Part shown: positions 1 through 7,051 of the stretch, one piece after another | How the letters are laid out: every line of letters starts with the position of its first letter | Numbering within the stretch: position 1 is the stretch's first letter | Source: Breznakia sp. PF5-3 | GTDB taxonomy: Bacteria; Bacillota_I; Bacilli_A; Erysipelotrichales; Erysipelotrichaceae | Reading direction: 5' to 3' | Length of the DNA: 23,231 nucleotides | NCBI RefSeq assembly: GCF_029504745.1 | Contig: NZ_JAQFIQ010000036.1 | Location: 1-23,231 of the forward strand | Translations under genes and position numbers: made by a program | The notes under the pieces: model-generated | What the model was told of the DNA's origin: nothing | Database searches by the model: none | What the model saw: only the letters and a program-made list of their open reading frames with translations

Positions 1-417
1 TTCATTTTTAATACCTGCCTTTATTCCTGTATTGTATCAATCATTCTTACATTATTTTTGTACCATTAGGTATTCTTTGGTTGAATTAAGCGTAAAATAA
101 AAAAATGAACGTTTTTGTGATATTTACCCACTAATATATGCTCAAAGCTTTTTTGATTATAGGTAGAAGCTTTTAAATGAAGGGCAATTTTATTTAGATA
201 AACATGAAGGAGGGTAATAGATTTCAATATAATATTATATTATTAGCTCATGAAAAGGTTAAATGGTGCAGGAGCAGGAACCTGTATTTGACGGGAAAGA
301 AAAGTATTATATTTGTATAAAACACATTAAAAGATGATGAAAAAAAAGATTGTTTTATAGTGTAATTTAATCAAGAGAAAAGACAACGTTTTACAAGTAA
401 TTATAAAAAATAAAAAG

Positions 418-446
418 TTGAGAACTTTTCGCAACTTTCAAACGTC
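418..446 (+). promoter_or_regulatory. ECF-sigma-type promoter of the pilus operon: TTGAGAACTTTTC (-35 block), then CGTC (-10) 17 nt after GAAC
   Basis: GAAC at 422-425, a 17-nt gap, CGTC at 443-446. The 13-mer TTGAGAACTTTTC at 418-430 is identical to 8567-8579, with the same gap and the same CGTC. GAAC(TT)/CGTC is the classical ECF promoter architecture. Confidence 0.6.
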
Positions 447-558
447 ACTGAAAATAGAGGAAGGGAGATTGAATGGTATATTGAAGTATTACATAAATTG
501 GTACTGCGAATGAATGTTTCAATATACTAGAAAGAAAGATGAGGGCGGTGAAAAATGA

Positions 559-3324
559 ATGAAGAAAAAACCAAGTAAATGGCTAGCGAAACTAACATTT
601 ATTCTGTTAGTCACGTTTGTTGTCATTGGACAACTTACCATGAACAAACTTGGAGCGGAAGATAATTCTTCAGATACAAAGACGGAAGATGTTATGAAGG
701 ATGTTGATGAAAAGATATCGTTTAGATCGATACAGCCATTAATGTTTGAAGATGTTCCTATGTATTTGGAGGTGAATGGTGTGGTACAAGAAATCACAAT
801 ATCTCCAGGTTTAGTATCGGACGCAGTAGAAAAATTGACACTAGAGGATGGTGTAAAATTTCAAAGAGCAGTACTTAGAAGGGAAGAAGGTGGAAACACC
901 ACGGAAGTAGATATTATTCGAGTGGGGAAGCTCGATGATGAAATCTATTATTCTCTAGCAAATCAACAGAATACAGGAATTTTATTAAAGGAGAATGAGA
1001 AATTAGTAATTGTGTGTAAGTCAGTATATGGCTTTACATACGAATATGATCCACTAAAGGGGAGTGTGAGTGGACCAGCGACAACATGGAAAGATGATGC
1101 AGTTGATATCCATGTAAAGGCTGAAAAATATCATCATATTAGTAAGATTGAATACATTGATAAAAACAATGTAGTTACTCAGGTATCAATAAGTGATAAT
1201 AAGGATATGACTTTTTCAATACCTGCTAGCGCTTTAAATGGTGATATGAGAGTAAAAGCAGAGTTTCTATCAGATGCACTTTATACAATTACAGAAGCAC
1301 CATCCGATGGAATCCAGCAAGGTGATTTATGTTTAAATGCAACCACAAGTGGTGAGTTCATTCCAAGTGTTACACCAGGGAGTACACAATCGTTTATGTT
1401 GTTTTCACAATCATGGACAGGTGGGGATGAATGGTATTTGAATATGTTAGCAATTAATGGCGAAAGTGTAGAAGTGCCATTGGTTTATGATATTGGGTCA
1501 ACTACCACAACAACACTTAAAAACGGTTCAATTGTAACCATAGAGTTAACAGGTAAAGGTGCGAGCTTGGCTTGGAAGGCTGGCGATAGCAGTAAAAAGC
1601 GGTGCCTTTATGTAATCACGGTTAGTGATATTCAAGAAGATATGGTTTTAACTGGAAACTTTAAGCTTGGTGGAAAGCGTGAAATGATTATTCGTGACAT
1701 GATTGGTATTTCGAAAGTGGGAGCTGCCAAACAAACAGTAGTAAGAAATGCATGGGTAAGTGGAACAGGTTATGATAATCCTGGGGATCACTTCTTCTAC
1801 AACTTACAACCGAATGATGGGGATACTGTTTATGATGCATACTACAAGGAAAGAGATAATGTAGGAGATCCAGCACAAAGTTATAATATTTATTTATATA
1901 CAGTGAAGCCAGGATACAATCCAAATACGGCAACTTATAGAGTTTATTATAATGGTGTGGAAGGAGATTATTCAAAGATTTTTCTAGCTTCTGGTAATGC
2001 TCAAGAGGTGGCAGCCAGTCTGGTAACAAATTATCGGCATTTTGATCCTTTTAAGAAGTTGGGAATCGCTGGTGGAGGAAAAATCAATGGTGATGGTTTC
2101 TTTGTCGAAGCAGCAAGAGAAGGATATACACATGTGTTTGCACTAAAAGAACATCCTGCAAATAATCAAGTTATTGATTTGAAAGCTACACCATATCAAT
2201 ATAATTTAATTTTTGATATGGATGGTGGTACCTATGCTAATACGGATTTAAATTTAGAAAAATACACATTGAATGGAACAACTGCAACGGAAAAGAAAAG
2301 TGATGGTTCACTTGTAACGTATACATTAGAACATGATACGGCAACTGCACATATGCCTGTTGTTGCACCTAAGAAAGAAGATTATTTCTTTAAGGGATGG
2401 AAGCTTTATAAAGATGGTGTAGCAGTATCAGATACGTTATATTCATTAGGTCAATCATTTGAAATTAATGAAGATACAATAGCTTATGCAAAAGGTGATT
2501 TAAAGTATGATGAAGGTCATACATTTACCTTCGTAGCACAATGGAGCAATGTATTAGATAGTACAGATACGGCAGAGTATGATGCATATTTTTATAAAGA
2601 AGATCCATTAAATGGAACTCATGTTCATGATGGTAAAAAGTATACTATCGTCAAAGAGATTAATGATTTTGGAACGGTTGGCGGAACAATCGTGGTATTA
2701 AATGATTTTCATCCAGGAAGTGATTATGAATTGAATAATGATTCAAAAGTTAAAATCGTAGGATTAAAGGATGAAACGGAAAGTGGTTATAAAGCACATA
2801 ATCAAATTATTTATTATTATGATTTAATACCAAATAAACTTACCATTGAAAAAACGGTAAGCGGATCTTATGCAAATAGATCAACAGCGTTTGAAATAGA
2901 AATTCAATTGATAAATCCAGATAAGACGAATTTTAATGGAACAATTGATTATACAGGGAAAACAACACATGCAAACAATCAAGCTTTAGCAAATGGAACA
3001 TTAACATTTATTGATGGAAAGGCATCAATTACTTTAAAGCATGGACAAAGCATTACTTTTGAAACTACTCCTGGAGTGGAATACAAAGTAATAGCAAAAC
3101 CCTCTACAAGGGGATATGAATTTGCATATACAGGAACAGGAACGTGTACAAATGAACACGCGACAGGAACGTTGAGTGATGATCATGAAGTGTTGATTAC
3201 GGGAACAAGAGATTATATCCCAGATATGGGAATTCAAGGTTCACCTTTGGTAGTAATATTCATGGGTGTTGTTGGACTTAGTGGCATCTTAGTTAAGATG
3301 ATATATCGTAAAAGAAAATGTTAG
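559..3324 (+). CDS. Large sortase-substrate surface adhesin, probable pilus tip subunit (Cpa-position gene)
   Basis: 921-codon ORF with an N-terminal signal peptide (MKKKPSKWLAKLTFILLVTFVVIG). Internal Listeria-Bacteroides-type repeat at nt 2194-2547 (YNLIFDMDGG...FFKGWKLY...FVAQW). C-terminal pilin/Cna-B-like domain (TLKHGQSITFETTPGVEYKV). C-terminal sorting signal IPDMG (3217-3231), then a hydrophobic stretch and an RKRKC tail. First gene of the pilus operon. Confidence 0.8.
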   Translation: MKKKPSKWLAKLTFILLVTFVVIGQLTMNKLGAEDNSSDTKTEDVMKDVDEKISFRSIQPLMFEDVPMYLEVNGVVQEITISPGLVSDAVEKLTLEDGVKFQRAVLRREEGGNTTEVDIIRVGKLDDEIYYSLANQQNTGILLKENEKLVIVCKSVYGFTYEYDPLKGSVSGPATTWKDDAVDIHVKAEKYHHISKIEYIDKNNVVTQVSISDNKDMTFSIPASALNGDMRVKAEFLSDALYTITEAPSDGIQQGDLCLNATTSGEFIPSVTPGSTQSFMLFSQSWTGGDEWYLNMLAINGESVEVPLVYDIGSTTTTTLKNGSIVTIELTGKGASLAWKAGDSSKKRCLYVITVSDIQEDMVLTGNFKLGGKREMIIRDMIGISKVGAAKQTVVRNAWVSGTGYDNPGDHFFYNLQPNDGDTVYDAYYKERDNVGDPAQSYNIYLYTVKPGYNPNTATYRVYYNGVEGDYSKIFLASGNAQEVAASLVTNYRHFDPFKKLGIAGGGKINGDGFFVEAAREGYTHVFALKEHPANNQVIDLKATPYQYNLIFDMDGGTYANTDLNLEKYTLNGTTATEKKSDGSLVTYTLEHDTATAHMPVVAPKKEDYFFKGWKLYKDGVAVSDTLYSLGQSFEINEDTIAYAKGDLKYDEGHTFTFVAQWSNVLDSTDTAEYDAYFYKEDPLNGTHVHDGKKYTIVKEINDFGTVGGTIVVLNDFHPGSDYELNNDSKVKIVGLKDETESGYKAHNQIIYYYDLIPNKLTIEKTVSGSYANRSTAFEIEIQLINPDKTNFNGTIDYTGKTTHANNQALANGTLTFIDGKASITLKHGQSITFETTPGVEYKVIAKPSTRGYEFAYTGTGTCTNEHATGTLSDDHEVLITGTRDYIPDMGIQGSPLVVIFMGVVGLSGILVKMIYRKRKC

Positions 3325-3860
3325 CAATTAAAGAAAAAATAGAAAAACAGCGAGATCCAAATAAACAACCTACAGTATTACAAGATATTCTATATTTGTT
3401 TATTAAGATTATTGCAATTATTGGTATTTTTATCTTATTATTTACGCTTATATTTGGGATTCATCGCAATGCAAATGCAGATATGGATCCTGCAATCAAA
3501 GATGGTGATCTGATACTCTATTATCGATTTGATAAAAATTATACAGCTAAGGATTTGGTTATGTATGAGTATGATGACACGACTTATGTATCAAGAGTTG
3601 TTGCTGTAGCAGGAGATCAAGTGGATATCAATGAAGAAGGACTTATCATAAATGGTTCACTTCAACAAGAATACGATATTTATACAGATACTTTACGATA
3701 TGCAACTGATGTTGAATTTCCTTTGGAAGTAAAAACAGGAGAAATCTTTGTATTAGGTGATAATCGAGAGCAAGCAAGCGATAGTAGAATTTTTGGCTCA
3801 ATCAAGATAAAAAATACCTTTGGAAAAGTATTTATGATTATACGAAGAAGAAATTTATAA
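3318..3860 (+). CDS. Signal peptidase I (S26) homologue lacking the Ser/Lys catalytic dyad; SipA/LepA-like pilus assembly factor
   Basis: N-terminal TM helix plus S26 boxes (DPAIKDGDLILY, VLGDNREQASDSRIFG). The nucleophile position is Asp (ANADMDPA versus GDSMxPT, codon 3480-3482). The general-base position is Ser (YVSRVVAVAGD versus YVKRVIGLPGD, codon 3591-3593). The ATG at 3318 overlaps the adhesin stop at 3322-3324. Confidence 0.8.
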   Translation: MLAIKEKIEKQRDPNKQPTVLQDILYLFIKIIAIIGIFILLFTLIFGIHRNANADMDPAIKDGDLILYYRFDKNYTAKDLVMYEYDDTTYVSRVVAVAGDQVDINEEGLIINGSLQQEYDIYTDTLRYATDVEFPLEVKTGEIFVLGDNREQASDSRIFGSIKIKNTFGKVFMIIRRRNL

Positions 3861-3879
3861 AAATATAATGGAGGACAAT

Positions 3880-5019
3880 ATGACAAAATTAAGAAAAGTA
3901 TTATCAATAATGATGGTAAGTATTATGACATTTACACTTATTGCAGTTTCAACAGTGAACACAGCTGCAGCAAGTGATAGCAAGGAAGTAACAATTACAA
4001 AGACTTTATCAATTGCTGATGGTATTACAACACCAAGTGCAAGTTTTACCTTTGCATTTGCAGCAGATACAGCATTTGATGCTGCTACACCTGCGATTGC
4101 AAACAAAAGTGTGAATTTCACAAGTGCAGATGTAAAAGCAGCAAATACAAATGCAATTGAAAAAGAGACAACGAATATTTTCGCTGGAGTAACATATCCA
4201 CATGCAGGAGAGTTCTTTTATACAATTAGTGAAACAGCTGGTACAACAGCAATTGAAAATGGAGAAATGGCATACGATACAAGCAAATATAGAATGCAAG
4301 TAATCGTTGCTGAAGACACAGATGGAACACTTTATATTAGCGCGGTAAATGTTGCTACATTAGATGATCAAAATAACGTTGATCAAAAAGTTGGTTCACA
4401 ACCAAGTGATGATATTACTGGTGGAGAAACATTTAAATTATTTACAAATACCTTTACAAAAAATGGTGGTGCTGGTGTTGATCCTGGTGAAGAATTAGAT
4501 TCAGCATTGACAATCACACATAAAGTAGCTGGAACAGCAGCAGATAAGTCAAAATATTTCACATATAATGTAACATTAACACAATCACCAACGGCAAGAG
4601 CTGCATTATCATATACAGGGAAAGTTGGTAGTACACCTTATACATTTACAACAGGTCAAGCAACAACAGTTACTTTAAAACATGGTGAAACAATTGATTT
4701 TGAGGTACTTCCAGCAGGTACAAAGGTTAGTGTAGTAGCAACTGGTGTGGATACATATACACCATCTTATGAATATATATCAAATGGTGGAGCAAAAGTT
4801 ACACAAGCGGGTTCAAAAGCAACAACTTTAACGGCTTCTGACATATTAGTTGGTGAATATGAGAATACAATTGTATTTACACACACTCGTAATACAGAAG
4901 ATATTCCACCAATGGGTATTGATATTAATAACTTACCATTTATATTGTTTATTTTAGTATCTATGGGAGGATTTGCTTTCTATATTGTTAATAAGAGACG
5001 CACAAGAACACAAGGTTAG
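3880..5019 (+). CDS. Backbone (major) pilin, FctA/T-antigen-like, sortase substrate
   Basis: GGAGGA at 3870-3875 favours the ATG at 3880 over the track start at 3868. Signal peptide MTKLRKVLSIMMVSIMTFTLIAVSTVNTAAA. Pilin-like motifs (YPHAGEFFYTISE, YRMQVIV, TLKHGETIDFEVLPAGTKV). C-terminal IPPMG (4903-4917), then a hydrophobic segment and an NKRRTRTQG tail. Confidence 0.8.
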   Translation: MTKLRKVLSIMMVSIMTFTLIAVSTVNTAAASDSKEVTITKTLSIADGITTPSASFTFAFAADTAFDAATPAIANKSVNFTSADVKAANTNAIEKETTNIFAGVTYPHAGEFFYTISETAGTTAIENGEMAYDTSKYRMQVIVAEDTDGTLYISAVNVATLDDQNNVDQKVGSQPSDDITGGETFKLFTNTFTKNGGAGVDPGEELDSALTITHKVAGTAADKSKYFTYNVTLTQSPTARAALSYTGKVGSTPYTFTTGQATTVTLKHGETIDFEVLPAGTKVSVVATGVDTYTPSYEYISNGGAKVTQAGSKATTLTASDILVGEYENTIVFTHTRNTEDIPPMGIDINNLPFILFILVSMGGFAFYIVNKRRTRTQG

Positions 5020-5032
5020 TTAGAATAAAAAA

Positions 5033-6010
5033 ATGAAACAAAGAAAACAACTTTTCGTTGAAAAGAAGCAATCAAAGCGTTTCATAGAAAGAAAGATCAT
5101 TAAAGGGATACATGGAATTATAAATGCAAGTATATTTGTAGTGTTACTTTTATTGTTTATATATGGTTGTTATGCTTTATGGGATTCAAAGCAAGTAACG
5201 AATGAAGCACAGGCTATACAATATGAAGCATATAAGCCAAGCGAAGAAGATAATTTATCGTTTCAGGAATTACAGACGATAAATGATGAAGTATTTGGGT
5301 GGCTCACTGTTTATGGTACAAGGATTGATTATCCTTTTGTCCAAGCTGAAGACAATAAAAAGTATGTAAATACGGATAGCAAAGGAAAATATTCCATATC
5401 TGGTAGTATTTTCTTAGATTCAAGAAATAAACATGATTTCTCAGATTTTAATTCGATATTATTTGGGCATCATATGGTTGAATCAGCAATGTTTGGTGAT
5501 TTGAGTAATTTCACTGATTCTATGTATTTTAAAGATCGAAAATATGGAAATATTTATTATAGTGGAAAAAATCATGGTATTGAATTCTTTGCATTTTTAG
5601 AAACAGATAGTTATGATAGTGTGATTTTTCAACCAGCAATTATAAACGATGATCAAAGACAAGCAGCATTAGAGTATATTGAGGTGAACGCGCTTCACTA
5701 TCGTGATCTTCATGTTACAACAAAAGATCACATTGTGATATTGAGCACTTGTTCATCTGCATTAACCAATGGTAGATACATTTTGGTGGGACGGATTACC
5801 GACTCAACATATCCAGATTCTTTCAATCGTGCAAAAGATAATTTGTCTGAAAGTAATGTTGGAATATGGAATACATTTCTTCGTTTACCACTATGGGCAA
5901 AATTGGTTTTAGGAATATTACTTTTATGTATCGTATGGATGATCATTGAAAAAAGTAGAAAGGGTAATGGTGATGAAAACAGTTCAGGGAATAAAAAAGA
6001 TACAGTGTAA
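5033..6010 (+). CDS. Class B-type sortase (pilus-polymerising), with an additional C-terminal TM segment
   Basis: N-terminal TM helix. SrtB-like N-terminal block INDEVFGWLTVYGTRIDYPFVQAEDNKKYV. Catalytic His in ILFGHHM, Cys in VILSTCSS, Arg in GRYILVGRI. The gene sits between two pilin genes. Hydrophobic segment LPLWAKLVLGILLLCIVWMII lies near the C-terminus (about 5879-5948). Confidence 0.85.
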   Translation: MKQRKQLFVEKKQSKRFIERKIIKGIHGIINASIFVVLLLLFIYGCYALWDSKQVTNEAQAIQYEAYKPSEEDNLSFQELQTINDEVFGWLTVYGTRIDYPFVQAEDNKKYVNTDSKGKYSISGSIFLDSRNKHDFSDFNSILFGHHMVESAMFGDLSNFTDSMYFKDRKYGNIYYSGKNHGIEFFAFLETDSYDSVIFQPAIINDDQRQAALEYIEVNALHYRDLHVTTKDHIVILSTCSSALTNGRYILVGRITDSTYPDSFNRAKDNLSESNVGIWNTFLRLPLWAKLVLGILLLCIVWMIIEKSRKGNGDENSSGNKKDTV

Positions 6011-6614
6011 ATTTATTGTTTTAGTCATAGTGTTTTTGATATTACCTTTTGGTATCAAGGTGAATGCAGCAGAAAACGGTGTGGATGTAAATCTTCCTGT
6101 TGAGCAAATTTTTGAGGTTGAAAATGAAAATACAATTTCAAATGAGTTTAAGTATTGTCTGTTTGCAGTGACGGACAATGCTCCAATGCCAAAAAATAGT
6201 GGTCAAAAAAATTATATATTTTATTTGAAGGGAAACCAGAGGATAGATATAGAAGCGATTAATTATACACAAAGTGGAGTGTATGAATATGATCTTTATC
6301 AAGTCATAGAGGAAGAAAAAGGGGGCTATGTCTATGATAAAACAGTATATCGAATTATTGTTCATATTTCATACGATAGTCATAATGATTTCATTAGTGA
6401 GGTGACAATCGCTAATGAGAAGGGCTTAAAAGTGGATCGTGCAACATTTACTAATCAAGTGAGAATTAAAAATGCTGCAAGTGTTGCTAATACCATGTCG
6501 AAGCCAAGTACAGGAGATAATACGGATATATCTGCATGGTATGTCTTAATGTCGATTTCAAGTGTATTTATCTTTTTTGGAATATGGGAAAAAAGAAAAA
6601 AAGCGAAGATATGA
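5973..6614 (+). CDS. Small basal/minor pilin (FctB-position gene) with a KPSTG sorting signal
   Basis: The SD-like GAAAGGG at 5958-5964 fits the ATG at 5973; the track start at 5946 is a TTG inside the sortase gene. Signal peptide ends ...FGIKVNA/AENG. Streptococcal-pilin-like motifs (FKYCLFAVTDNAPMPKN, GVYEYDLYQV, YDKTVYRIIVHI). C-terminal KPSTGD (6501-6515), then a hydrophobic stretch and a KRKKAKI tail. Confidence 0.75.
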   Translation: MKTVQGIKKIQCKFIVLVIVFLILPFGIKVNAAENGVDVNLPVEQIFEVENENTISNEFKYCLFAVTDNAPMPKNSGQKNYIFYLKGNQRIDIEAINYTQSGVYEYDLYQVIEEEKGGYVYDKTVYRIIVHISYDSHNDFISEVTIANEKGLKVDRATFTNQVRIKNAASVANTMSKPSTGDNTDISAWYVLMSISSVFIFFGIWEKRKKAKI

Positions 6615-6653
6615 TGTAATCTTTGAAATTATTTGAAGGAATATGAAACTTAG

Positions 6654-6738
6654 TATCTAATGTGTGAGAAACATCTTTCATACATTAGATATAAGATGGG
6701 CTGGTGTATATTTATTGCACCAACGCATCTTATATCTA
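6654..6738 (+). terminator. Two long overlapping stem-loops downstream of the pilus operon (possible terminator or RNA stability element, no clear U-tract)
   Basis: TATCTAATGT (6654-6663) pairs with ACATTAGATA (6682-6691), with further inner pairs. TAGATATAAGATG (6686-6698) pairs with CATCTTATATCTA (6726-6738). The two hairpins share TAGATA at 6686-6691. Confidence 0.35.
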
Positions 6739-7051
6739 CAAAAACTAAGAAAAATAATGAAGTTTTTTGAAGGTTTCTTGTAATATGGGCTTTTTTATGC
6801 GATATTAATATTAAGAAATGTATATAAAAGCAGCATAATAAAAAAATATAATTAGTTAAATTGCATAATTGGCTTGGGAAGGCACACTATAATTATGCGG
6901 AGGGCAACTTTATCTTTTATATTTTTTTGTTATCTGCTGTTTCACTATTCTTGTTTTTTTAGGGTAGTGAGCGAGCTTTTTGATTTTAGTATCCCGTATG
7001 ACTAAGCCCTCTTATGAAACCATAATTTATAATTTATCAGGAGGGCGAAAT

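Noticed and set aside
1-5. Possible start of a divergent minus-strand gene (CAT at 3-5 reading leftwards out of the window)
   Set aside because: Only 5 nt are available and the upstream SD is weak, so it cannot be supported.
176-196. Recurring GA(A/G)GGCAA(T/C)TTTAT-like and ATGAGGGCGG-like strings (176-196, 539-548, 6899-6920, 7040-7048, 8393-8402)
   Set aside because: These are short, purine-rich, SD-like strings with mismatches, sitting in inconsistent positions relative to genes. They are probably a mixture of ribosome-binding sites and chance matches.
1300-1420. Possible thioester (Cys-Gln) adhesin domain in the tip adhesin (DLCLNAT ... STQSF)
   Set aside because: The Cys and the TQ lie only about 20 residues apart, and the contexts do not match thioester-domain motifs, which are far more widely spaced. 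The claim is not supportable from sequence alone.
6968-6998. Third, autoregulatory copy of the ECF promoter upstream of the sigma gene (TGAGCGAGCTTTTT ... CCCGTATG)
   Set aside because: It is only a loose resemblance. The -35 reads GCGAGC/AGCT instead of GAGAAC, the spacing is 18 nt, and the -10 is CGTA rather than CGTC. It could be a weak autoregulated promoter, but the match is within what chance allows.
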